From positions 2,542,001 to 2,606,000 of the forward strand of contig CM120645.1 of the NCBI GenBank assembly GCA_051362555.1: a stretch of DNA of 64,000 bases, written 5' to 3'. Each line of letters starts with the position of its first letter. Position 1 is the stretch's first letter. Positions 1-10,967 of the stretch are shown one piece after another. This stretch comes from Lingula anatina (Eukaryota > Animalia > Brachiopoda). The notes below the pieces were generated by a model. It was given only the letters and a program-made list of their open reading frames with translations. It was not told where the DNA came from and did no database searches. The translations under genes were made by a program, and so were the position numbers.

Positions 1-16
1 CAAGACTTATGCAGAT

Positions 17-961
17 ATGGTGAAGACTACCAACACTGAAAGCCAAGCCCTACAGGGGACAAGTACTAGTATGTGGAAATCTACTGGAAAAGTTACTTCC
101 CAAAAACATTCCCTGATACTGTCAGACTCAATATTTAGTAGGATGCACGAGACCCGCACAAAAAGTATGCTTGTAGAGCAGCAGTATGTACGTGGTGGGG
201 TAGAAGCAATGATAAAAGCTATCCAAGAATGTGATAAAACAGACTTTGACAGTGTTGTGCTACATACAGGGACTAATGATCTGAAATACTTTGCAGATGG
301 CACAATGACACCAGGGATAGCATATGATAAACTAGCATCTACAGCTAAGAAGAAGTTTACAAAGGCTTCAATCATCATGTCAAGTATTCTTCCACGGCAA
401 GACAAGAGTTACTATGAAATAAACAATGTCAACAGGTCAATTGAGAAAGTGTGTGAGAAACAAAAACTGAAATTTCAAAATAATGACCCAGTTGTCTGTT
501 ATAACTCTGGAAAAGTGAACAAAAGGATGTTTCACGACAATGTACACCTAAATGATAGACATGGACTCCCTCGTCTACTACTTCATACCAAACACTCACT
601 AGGTGTGCACAGATCTGGAATTCCTCCTTTCCATGAAGACAATGACTGCAACACAGCAAATGGGCAGAACATCCCCATCATCATACAGACCCGCAGAGAT
701 GTCAAACCTGTTAATCATACCCAAGACACTTACCGCCGTCAGACATATGGAGACTCTGGACACTTACTCTCCCCAAAGTCACATCATCAACATAGGAATT
801 GGGGGAAAACCAATGTTTCATGGGGATACATACGCAGAAGAGAACCACAGCTATACATCCATGGCAGGCAGCCACGACATGACAGGGATGAGAGACATTG
901 GCCATATAGCAGACAGCAAATCTTCTCAGGCACTCATTTTGACACTCGCTCCTGGGATTAA
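17..961 (+). CDS. LINE ORF1 protein, SGNH/GDSL esterase domain (probably 5'-truncated by the window edge)
   Basis: SGNH blocks LILSDSI, VVLHTGTNDL and DNVHLN are present. The frame is open from base 2 (KTYADM...), so the true start may lie upstream. Confidence 0.85.
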   Translation: MVKTTNTESQALQGTSTSMWKSTGKVTSQKHSLILSDSIFSRMHETRTKSMLVEQQYVRGGVEAMIKAIQECDKTDFDSVVLHTGTNDLKYFADGTMTPGIAYDKLASTAKKKFTKASIIMSSILPRQDKSYYEINNVNRSIEKVCEKQKLKFQNNDPVVCYNSGKVNKRMFHDNVHLNDRHGLPRLLLHTKHSLGVHRSGIPPFHEDNDCNTANGQNIPIIIQTRRDVKPVNHTQDTYRRQTYGDSGHLLSPKSHHQHRNWGKTNVSWGYIRRREPQLYIHGRQPRHDRDERHWPYSRQQIFSGTHFDTRSWD

Positions 962-1285
962 ATGAGTATATGTAAACATGGTTGAGAAACAAAGAACTGG
1001 AAAAGTATTAAGGATAAGTAATGTGTATAATAAGTATTCCAAATGTCCACGCCATATTCTTATCAAGTCCAACCAACTCAGTAAGTACAAAATGTTTTAA
1101 CCAATTATTACTGTAAAAACATAAGTTGTTCAAAACTGAAATTGTTTAAGTTGTTGTAGGTAATCTTTACATTCATGCATATGTGCACCATTACTATCAG
1201 TGTTAAAAAATATTTAGTTTAATTCCAAATTAAGTGATGTCAGCAAGGATCCACTGCCTTGTTCATTAATATCAGTTTTTATATA

Positions 1286-4200
1286 ATGAAAAAAGTACAT
1301 TCGGATAGCATCAAAGTTGGCTCATGGAACATCCATGGAGTAGGCTGTAAGCTGGAAGATGCTGAACTAGTGAGGAAAATTTCTAGTTTTGATATATTAG
1401 CTTTAGTGGAGACCTGGTCTGATAATGATAGCAAGATAGAAATTCCAGGCTTTGTATCATACAGTAGTTGTAGGAAAAAATCAAAGAGAGCCAAGAGAAA
1501 CTCAGGTGGGATTGTAGCATTTGTTAGAAAATCAGTGACTGCTGGAGTTACCAAGTTAGAAAGCAAGTGTGAAGATATTCTGATTCTAAAATTGAGCAAA
1601 TTCTACTTTGGGTTTAGGCGTGATGTCATCCTTGTCACAGTCTACATAAGTCCCCCCAACTCTGTGATCAATGCAAATGCAGACCCATATGATAAACTTA
1701 AAGCTGAACTTACAACAGTGTCAGCTAACTGTGATATAATTATCCAAGGGGATTTCAATGCCAGAACGAAAGTTAACTCAGACTTTATCACAGATGACAG
1801 CACAGACTTAACCTTAATTTCTGGGGCCCATTATCTCAGTGATGCATACAACCCACCCCCTCCTAGAAACTCAATGGACTCCCAAAAATCCAATGCATTT
1901 GGTGGAAAGCTGCTAGAGTTATGCAAAGATTGCAATTTAAGAATCTTAAATGGCCGTAAACTAGGTGATCTACTTGGCAAATATACTTGTTATCAACCAG
2001 CTGGTAACAGCGTTGTTGATTATGTCATCTGTAGTGCCACTTTGTACAGCACCATCCCATACTTTCACGTCAATGATCTGTCAATATTTTCTGACCACGC
2101 CCTACTTGAACTTAAACTGTACTGCAAAACTACTTACAACAAACATACAAAATCAATTCAGCTGATACCAAAGCCAACTAAATTCATTTGGGAAAATAAT
2201 TCTCATATTAAATTTGTTGAGGCCCTGGGTAACATGGAATCAAAACAAAAGGTTGATTACTTTATGTCACAAGCTCTCTCTCCTGAAGAGGCATTACCCT
2301 TAGTAAATGAAATATTCACAACTGCAGCTGAAAGGGCTCTTAAATCAAGAAAATACACCTCAGTCCACCCTCGAAAAAACAAGAAAAGGGCAACATGGTA
2401 CAGCAATGACTTAAAATCTCTGAGGTCCCACTTAAAAAACTTAGCAAAACTTAGGAGCAAGAAACCCTTTGACAATTCAGTCAATGCATCATACTACCAA
2501 ACATTCAATCGTTATAAGAGAGGATGTAAGAAAGCAAAAAAAGAATATAAAAAAGGCCTACTTCAAAAGTTGCAATCCATGGAAAATGCAAATCCCAAAT
2601 GTTTCTGGAAAGCGGTTAAAGATTTAAATATGGAGTCTACACAAACTGAATTTATTGAACCAAGTGAATTTTATGAGTATTTTAAAAGTCTTTGTGAGGA
2701 AACTGAATCAAGTAAACATAACTTTGATAAAGACTTCAAGCTTAAAATAGAAAATAAACTAAGGCAAAGTGAAATGAATTCTCCAGACAGAACTGCACTT
2801 GACCATGACATTAGTGCTGATGAGATCATGAGCAATATAAAAAAATTGAAAAATGGCAAATCAACAGGGGAAGACAAGGTAACCAACGAAATGATAAAAT
2901 CAGGGAAGGATTATCTTATAGATGTAATTGTAAAATTGTTCAATATCATATACAAAAGTGCTAAGTACCCATCAATATGGAACAAGGCATATATAGTCCC
3001 TATCCACAAATCTGGTGATGAATCAAATGTTAACAACTACAGGGGAATATCTATTACAAGCTGCCTCGGAAAGCTGTACAACTCGGTCCTGTTAAACAGA
3101 ATTCAAGCACACGCATCCCAACAAGGGGTACCCCTACCTCATCAAACTGGGTTTAAACATGGTCATGGTACTTCAGATAATATCTTTATATTTAAGTCCA
3201 TTATTACAAAATTTATGAAAGGAAAGAAAAAATTATACACATGTTTCATTGACTTTTCAAAAGCATTCGATAGTGTTTGGAGGAACGGACTACTGTTCAA
3301 GCTAAGTACTCTAGGAATAAGAGGACTTATGTACAAAAACATTAAAAGCATGTATGAAAACTCCCAAGCATGTGTTAAGACAAGTAGTGGTATATCCCCG
3401 GCCTTTAATACAACACTAGGTGTAAAACAAGGTGACACATTGAGCCCATTTCTTTTTAATATTTTTATTGACGACCTTCTTAGATCAATTGATAGCGAAA
3501 GTGCTGCAAGTCCAGATATAAATGGAATACCAATACAAGGTTTACTCTATGCTGATGACCTCATCTTTATGTCCAAGACCCCCAATGGGCTAAGGCAAAG
3601 TTTGGAAATAGTAGAAAATTTCTGTAACAAGTGGAGACTGACTGTAAATGTCACCAAAACTAAAGTAGTTATTTTCAACTCAAAATCAAAAGCTCACAGT
3701 GAAAAATTTTTCCTGTATGGAAAACCAATCCAAGAGGTCAACAAATACATGTATCTAGGTCTCCTTCTAAATCGATCAGGAAGCTTTACAGAAACCAAAA
3801 ATAATCTCCTACAACGTGCTACAAAGGCATTCTTCAGTCTGTCCAAGTCTCTTCCACTTCAGAGTAATGTAAACACATCCTTAAAAGAGAAATTATTTGA
3901 TACCCTCATTTCCCCAATCCTTACATATTGCTCAGAGATATGGGGCTCCTCGGTGTCAACGGATAACTGCCCTACAGAAAAGTTGCACTTAAAATTTTGC
4001 AAACAAATCCTTGGCCTCCATCAAAACGTATCAAACTATGGTGTATACACTGAACTTGGCCGCCTTCCCCTCTATACCAAAATACAGTTTGCATCTGTCA
4101 AACTATGGTGTAAAATTATTCAAATGTCTGATGCTACACTAATGAAACAAGCATACATACAAGAGATAAATAGTTACAAGTTGCTGACACCCTATGTCCC

Positions 4201-4816
4201 ACCCGCAGTCCACACACTCAGACCAGCTTGTATGTCATGGTCTGAGGGTATCCGAAAAATCCTTTTCACATTTGGCCTTGGTGATGTGTGGCTTAGCCAG
4301 TCACCTCCAAAAAACTTCACCACAATTTTCAAACAAAGACAAACTGACCACTTTACCCAAATATGCAATAGCAAACTTCAAGCCAACAGTAAATTATCTC
4401 TTTTCCGTATACTTAACCAAAAGTGTGAAAGGGCAACTTATGTTGATAAAATAACAAATTACGACACCTTATCAACCCTTGCTAAACTACGTCTTAGTGA
4501 CCATAAACTCCACATCGAAACTGGGCGGCACACCAGGCCAAAAACTGAAAGGTGCGACAGAATCTGTCGCCTGTGCACACAAGGGGTAATTGAGGATGAA
4601 TACCATTTTATATTCCAATGCCCAATGTACAAAACAGACCGAGTCACCTTTTTCAGTAAAACCTCATTCCTAAAAGCTGATTCAAGGCCACCAGACAGTC
4701 AATTATGCCATGTATTTAACAGTGCCAACAAAGATACTTTAGTGTCCCTCTCCAACTTTATAATCAAATCATTTAAGAAAAGAAGTGAAGTGGTTGCTCT
4801 GCTTGGTAACTCTTAG
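1286..4816 (+). CDS. LINE ORF2: apurinic-like endonuclease, reverse transcriptase and C-terminal CCHC zinc knuckle
   Basis: APE motifs SWNIHG, LVETW, GDFNA, VVDY, SDH. RT motifs NYRGISI, FIDFSKAFDSV, GVKQGDTLSP, YADD, YLG. C-terminal RICRLC...EYHFIFQC. First in-frame ATG at 1286. Confidence 0.95.
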   Translation: MKKVHSDSIKVGSWNIHGVGCKLEDAELVRKISSFDILALVETWSDNDSKIEIPGFVSYSSCRKKSKRAKRNSGGIVAFVRKSVTAGVTKLESKCEDILILKLSKFYFGFRRDVILVTVYISPPNSVINANADPYDKLKAELTTVSANCDIIIQGDFNARTKVNSDFITDDSTDLTLISGAHYLSDAYNPPPPRNSMDSQKSNAFGGKLLELCKDCNLRILNGRKLGDLLGKYTCYQPAGNSVVDYVICSATLYSTIPYFHVNDLSIFSDHALLELKLYCKTTYNKHTKSIQLIPKPTKFIWENNSHIKFVEALGNMESKQKVDYFMSQALSPEEALPLVNEIFTTAAERALKSRKYTSVHPRKNKKRATWYSNDLKSLRSHLKNLAKLRSKKPFDNSVNASYYQTFNRYKRGCKKAKKEYKKGLLQKLQSMENANPKCFWKAVKDLNMESTQTEFIEPSEFYEYFKSLCEETESSKHNFDKDFKLKIENKLRQSEMNSPDRTALDHDISADEIMSNIKKLKNGKSTGEDKVTNEMIKSGKDYLIDVIVKLFNIIYKSAKYPSIWNKAYIVPIHKSGDESNVNNYRGISITSCLGKLYNSVLLNRIQAHASQQGVPLPHQTGFKHGHGTSDNIFIFKSIITKFMKGKKKLYTCFIDFSKAFDSVWRNGLLFKLSTLGIRGLMYKNIKSMYENSQACVKTSSGISPAFNTTLGVKQGDTLSPFLFNIFIDDLLRSIDSESAASPDINGIPIQGLLYADDLIFMSKTPNGLRQSLEIVENFCNKWRLTVNVTKTKVVIFNSKSKAHSEKFFLYGKPIQEVNKYMYLGLLLNRSGSFTETKNNLLQRATKAFFSLSKSLPLQSNVNTSLKEKLFDTLISPILTYCSEIWGSSVSTDNCPTEKLHLKFCKQILGLHQNVSNYGVYTELGRLPLYTKIQFASVKLWCKIIQMSDATLMKQAYIQEINSYKLLTPYVPPAVHTLRPACMSWSEGIRKILFTFGLGDVWLSQSPPKNFTTIFKQRQTDHFTQICNSKLQANSKLSLFRILNQKCERATYVDKITNYDTLSTLAKLRLSDHKLHIETGRHTRPKTERCDRICRLCTQGVIEDEYHFIFQCPMYKTDRVTFFSKTSFLKADSRPPDSQLCHVFNSANKDTLVSLSNFIIKSFKKRSEVVALLGNS

Positions 4817-7800
4817 CATATCCCTTAAAATGTCAGTGTATGGTCCCACTGTTGTGAGAAGTGACTCGGCAGTGGGACTGAACATGGCACAATATTTATA
4901 TCTGTGTAACTTATTTACTTATATGTCTTATGTAATTGTCATTAATCGTAATTATCAATGTCATCAAACAGCCATGCAAACAGCTATGTAACGGTGGTTT
5001 TAAGTTCTTTAAAAACATATTCTTTTTGTGTAACATGTTTATAGTATGTTTATGGTAAATTTATAATCACACCAAGGTTTATCTCAATGCTTAGATAGAA
5101 TATGTTATGAGTAATTTTACTAGTACTTATCTTCATTATATAAAGATGGTAATACACTAACTGTATTGTATCATCATTTGTATATCATATTGTACAAGGT
5201 CATGACAATCTATGTACCAGTACAGAAATAAATTGAATTGAATTGAATATAAAAAGACCCATAACAACGCTAGCTGACTGAAGCTTCAAACTAAGAACAT
5301 GGGAATGTGTTTCTTCTTTTCGACAAATCAGAAAAGAAAGTGCTGGTTTTGACATTCCTTTTTAGTTATCTAAGAATGCTAGCATATATCAACACTTCCT
5401 TTCACTAAGTGCCTCATAAAAAGCAATCTAAACAAACCACAGATTAAGATAAGGGCAAAGTTACATGTGTCTAATGGCTGTATGGGCGTCTGACTAGGTA
5501 ATAAATTCAAAAGAAATAACAGACAGAATTCTGTAATAGTCTGCTCTTATGATTTTTGTTGGTGTTTAAAGAAAAGCCGAGTTTGTTCTGAAAGATCTTT
5601 GAAGAAAAAAACAAATATATGTGGATATTTAAGAGGTTCAAGTTTGTTTTAATGACTATTGAAAAAAAATGGCAAAAAAGTTTGTAAATATGTTCTGTGG
5701 AAGCTTTTAACTTTGTCACCTGTTTACAAATCAAATATTGGACCTGTCAGCCACAGCCACTGTTGTCAACTTTGTAAAGCTTTTTTGCAAACAGTTTCTT
5801 CAAAATTTGTGTTTGGAACCCCGGTGACATGAAATTGCTCTTTTCTTTCCGCTCCTGTGCAGAGTGCAAAATGTACACACAACAGTCAATGTTGGACATT
5901 GCATTTTTTCTTTTGTTGTTCTTTTAAATTCCAACTTATCCTTGCTGGTTTCATTGCATAAACAAACCAGGGCTTTGATTCCCCTTTCACCAGTTGGCAG
6001 AAATGCCGCCAAGTTCAGCAAAAACACATTGCCAGAGTTAAAAAGGGATTCAAAACTGGAAACAATCAGTTATTTTTAGCAGAAGTTGTTTTTCTTGTAT
6101 TGTACCTGTCTGTAAGACTTTTCATTATGTCATTCTGAAGTTTCTGGCCTCTACTGACTAAAGATCCCTTGTCAGGTATTGACCTTCTTAGCAGACATAT
6201 TTGTAAAAGTAACAAGTACAGAACTGCCTAATGTCTTGTTCATTGCTGGACAATACCCATGGTACCTGATAGAAAAACAAACAGCTACAGGGTCCCCTGT
6301 CAAAACCACCTTATGCGGGGTACCGCTTGACACCATTTGTTGTCCAACTGACTCGAGTATTTATCGTCTCAACGTCAAGTTAAGATAGCCATTGATTTTG
6401 AAATAGTTTCTGCCATTCCTAACTGTTCCTTACATTCATTATGTTGAATCTATAAACAGACGATTATAACTTTGGAGTCGCTGACAAATCTTTTGAAAGT
6501 GGACTTGCTTAATTAGCTGGGTCAACTCTAATGGACAGTAGGGATTAATTTTGTGCAAATTTATTCAATAAATAGCTGAATGTAATTGCAAGCTTGTATT
6601 AGGGTCTGAGGTAACAAAAAAGAAATCAAATTACCAGTACCTTGGCTACTGTACATAAATTGACCAAATGAACTTCCTGTCTTTCATAACGGAACCCCTG
6701 TTAGATATTCAAAACGAAAACAAGTCCACAATGCACTAATTGTGCCCACTGTCAAAGGCACCACATTCTTGCAACAAGTCATCATCAATTGGTTTTGTTC
6801 ATTTTTCGGATCATTACTGTTTAATTAATCTGCAACACATTGGAAATCATGGATGCTCACAGAGGAGAAAGTATACGATTGATTTTCGATGCAGGGTGAC
6901 GCAGCACAATATGCGTTCAGGTTCATAATGCGGAGTCAATCTGATACAGAGGATCAAAAAGGTGTAAGTTATTGCGTAGACTTAGAGGAGGGTATACACT
7001 CACTGGTAGCATTTTATTGGAAAAACTATTAGGACGCCCCCCACCACCATCTAACCCCTCAGATTCTGCACTGTAGTTGCATGTCTATGGGCCATAAAAC
7101 CTCAAAACTACTTCTGCCAGAATAATAAATGCACATTTTTCTTTGTTCTTTCAAATCTACATTTTTGTTTTAAAAAGTCAAATTTGACTGTAACAAATTC
7201 ATGAATGAAAACATTACTATTTCCACACTTGACAATACAAAGGACTTTTAACGAAAGGTGTTATTTATTTCTTCCTCCTGTCTGGTCGAGGTAAAGTCTC
7301 CAAGGCATGACTCACACCTAGGTCTTATCTTTATGTCTTCCCGCCCTGAGTCATCGCCTTAGGTAGCAAAAGTATCATCACGAAACTTGAAAAGTAATTA
7401 GGGGAAATTTCTGTAGTAAGAGGAAATACCTTTTTCATTCATGGCCCATGTTACCTGGATCGAGATGCACACCCTGATTATGGGGTTTTAATTTAGTGGG
7501 GGGTACCTCACAATCAGCTACATAGCAATGTAGCATAATTACAGGGTGCGACCTACAGGTGGGCTCTGCCCAAAAATTTGCAAGAATGCTTGGCACTGTA
7601 ATTATCTTCTCTTTTAAGAATCCCACATTGCTGTTGGGAAACACCAAAGGAGAAAGAAATTTTAAAGTGTAAGAATATATGAGTTAAGAAACTTATGAAA
7701 TAGTATTTTCCATGGTGTTTCAGTGTTTATACAACAAACAGGTCATACAATACCAAAAACATCAAAATAGCACAAGATCTAAAGTTCCATGTATTACTGT

Positions 7801-10800
7801 CACCAGTTTTAAGTTACACAAGGCAACAATGCCAGCCCCTCATTCATCAGAATAAAAGAACTGTTAAAAGTATCAGTACCGTTTCTTAAACTTACCTAAC
7901 TCAGTGACACATGATAAGAGACTTTTTTTTAAAGGTGCACTTAGAGACACCAAAGATCAGATCCCTTATTATCACATTTTATTTTCAGTTGATTAGAACG
8001 TCACCTTGATAGTTGACAACACCAGATCTGTTGTGACATCTACCCCCCTAAATAATGGCCTGCTTGACGTCCCTGGGACTTTTAATGTTTTCTGACTCCA
8101 GTTGCTCGGTGGAAATAAATACACCCCTTTCTTTCTGGTTATTAGTAATATTCTCTGCTTTGTAGCTAAATCAACACATCCCAGACCAGCCAAAAACCGC
8201 AGACTTGGCTTGCGGTTTTCGCCCTGTTGCGGGGGATTGAGGTCCCATTGTATCTATTTCTAGTTCAATGGGGACCTGTGGATATTTGGCAATATTACTG
8301 TGTGTAGAAGCAATAGCCTGGAAAACAGAAGAATCCAGGGGTGTAGGGGCTCCTTATCAGTGACACCTTGGTCCAAGGGGTGAAGGAGGGACCAGGGCAT
8401 CTGAATATTTACCTGGGGAATTAAAAGACAAGCCTCTAGGTTGATAGATTCTTTTGATAACAGGTTCTTTTTGAGAGCAAACAAATGTGATTTGCTCATT
8501 GTTCTGGTAATGCCCCAAAGGACTTAACAGATTTATTTATCCTGGGAAATCAAAAAGATAATTCACTTGTCTGGTGCCTTTTTAAGACAGTAATTAATTT
8601 TTCAACAGACCAGGGTGATTTTGTTGTTGTTTTGGTGAGACTATTGTCGAGAGGCTTTTTACATTGGTGATAGGTTTTTTTGAGCAATAGGTGATTCAGG
8701 TATTGTAGAGTCAATCTACTAATGGACTTTGCCTGACTCCATCCTGTCTGCACCAACACTTCGATGTAAGAACATATCACATGCTTTTTTGACTTCGATT
8801 AAAAAAAGCCCGCAGCCTGTCTCTAGCTCATGTCAACGTGCCATATTGTGCAAAATGAGAACTTGTTATTCAGACCTCGCAGACTGTCTATTTACCTTGA
8901 GACAGATCGATCACGATTGGAATGCAGGCTCATGCCGCCTTGCCAAACTGTTTGTAACATCCTATCTGAATTTTGCATGAGGAGCATGATTAATCGGCGA
9001 TTTATCTCAATCTGCAGATGAATTCTTATTAAGTTTATGGGAAAATTACAGGAGGAACACATAGCACTGTGGGAGTTTTTACATTTAATGCAATTTGTGA
9101 TAAGAATTATATACTTGCTAATTTCATCAAAGCACCTGGGGGAAATAAAGCCACACAGTTTAACAGTACATCTGGATTTAGATACTCAATCTATTACAAT
9201 GTCAAACAAAATTGAAAATAATCCATTCCCATGGCTGATCTCCTTGCTTTTCTAGACCACTTGTTTTATCACAAAATCAATAAAAGAGCATAACATGTCA
9301 GCTTATAGGTATTATCAGACCACCATAGGTGCAAAACTGTGAGAAAAAAGAGAGGAATTGCTCTGTATGTGCCATGGGAATATAGGGAAATAGCTCATCC
9401 CAATAACTTCATTTTACTGTTACAAGTTTTTTGGGGGATTTGAAGAATATGCCAAAGTGAAAAACAAGAGAAATTTCTTCTTACAAGAAAAAAGCATCAC
9501 TTGAGAATAGCAGAGCTTTAAGGCAATAAAAAGCTCTTTGAGCTACAATGAGGTAAAACATCTCTTCCTTGTACTATGCTCTCATAATTCATTTCTATTG
9601 CTAAGCTGTCTACTACTGGCGACAAAATGTATTTTTTTAATAATGGCTTTCAGTTTAATTCATAATGTTGTATTACTTTGCCAACATGTCTAGGATTTCT
9701 AGTGTAATTTTCTTTTAGATAATTACTTTCACACACTAGCACAAAAAATGTTGCGTGCATCCAACATGCTAACACATTGAAATTATCCTCATTACAAATC
9801 ATCGCAACCTGTTTCCGCTCACGTGCCTCTTGTTAACACCCTTCTCAGACATACATACCAATACATATAATTTCTCAGGTGACCAGAGTACAAAAAAAGA
9901 GACCAGACTGGCCTAGGTTCATCTTGACCATCTTATCCTTCCATCTGTGGTATTTTGTTTCACAGATAACATCACAGCTAACAAAAGTACTGTCATGCAA
10001 CCTTTGTCATGTGTTCTGATATGCCGCCTCATACGTACTCTCACTCCTCCCTTCTCTTACGCAATTCAAAGTGCACATTTATTTTGAAAAAGACGTAAAC
10101 TGCTGCATTTTAATAATTTAATTAAAAGTGCATTTAATGCCCCCCACCCCCTCCTCCTCCACCCTGCCTACAAAGACAGAAATTCAAGTCTCTCCCAACT
10201 TAGAACTGCTTAATGCGCCATCACATCACACAATCATACTTAACCCCCCTCGGAAAAACACAGAGGAGGTCTTTGTATGTTTCATGACAAAACTTAATCC
10301 TGAGCACCAAAAAATGTCATTGCCCGTCTGTCACACGCTGTCCAACTGCTACTAGTGGCCTGTAATGCATTCCTTGCCTGTAATAGGGGACACAGTAGCT
10401 GACCTAACAGTAATTGCAGGCATGAATTGGAAGTCTCACGCTGCATCATGCGTGGGACTTCAAGGACCCCTCCTCCCCCAATGCAACATCTGTTTTAGCC
10501 AAATCAAACTTTGTGTGTTGTGTGTGATTTCAATTAAAAAATATCAAAATATCATCATCTTTTATTTCTAAAAGCACAGCAATTTGCATTTGATGAAAAT
10601 TATTACGTGCCAGCATACAAGGTCCTCAAGACAGGTAAAAATGAATGAAAAGTTTCTGCCAAGTGAAGGCTAAAAGTTTGTTTTTTTTTAATGAAAAATA
10701 TTTACTTGTGATGACAGATAAAAAGTAAACAGACTCAGTGATGGCTAAATGTACAAGCACATTTGCTTGTACATAAATATCATATTAATTACAGGGTTTT

Positions 10801-10846
10801 GTTTATTGTTTTTCTTGAAATTTAACAATTTAGAAAAAAAAATTAC

Positions 10847-10967
10847 CTTCATATATGCTGATGATGTGGGGATGGTGCAGGGAAGACATGATGTCAATTT
10901 CACGGCGGATCCTCCGCAAATCAAGCTCACTGTCAATCTTGGTCTTGCGTATATATTTGATTGCCAC
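10847..10967 (-). CDS. NUAK: NUAK coding exon 2 (121 bp, VAIK and helix C)
   Basis: Acceptor TTGCAG|, donor G|GTAATT, catalytic Lys in VAIK. Confidence 0.9.

Larger units (their letters stand above)
1..5247 (+). mobile_element. Non-LTR retrotransposon (LINE), RTEX-like; 5' end lies outside the window
   Basis: Uninterrupted ORF1 (esterase) and ORF2 (APE-RT), then a ~410-bp 3' UTR ending in AATAAA (5227-5232) and a (TTGAA)3 tail (5233-5247). RTEX clade is inferred from the esterase ORF1 together with the C-terminal ETGR..C..C..H..C motif. Confidence 0.9.

Noticed and set aside
8193-8219. AAAACCGCA-loop-TGCGGTTTT hairpin resembling an intrinsic terminator
   Set aside because: Eukaryotic intronic context, only a 9-bp stem, and no associated element ends were identified.
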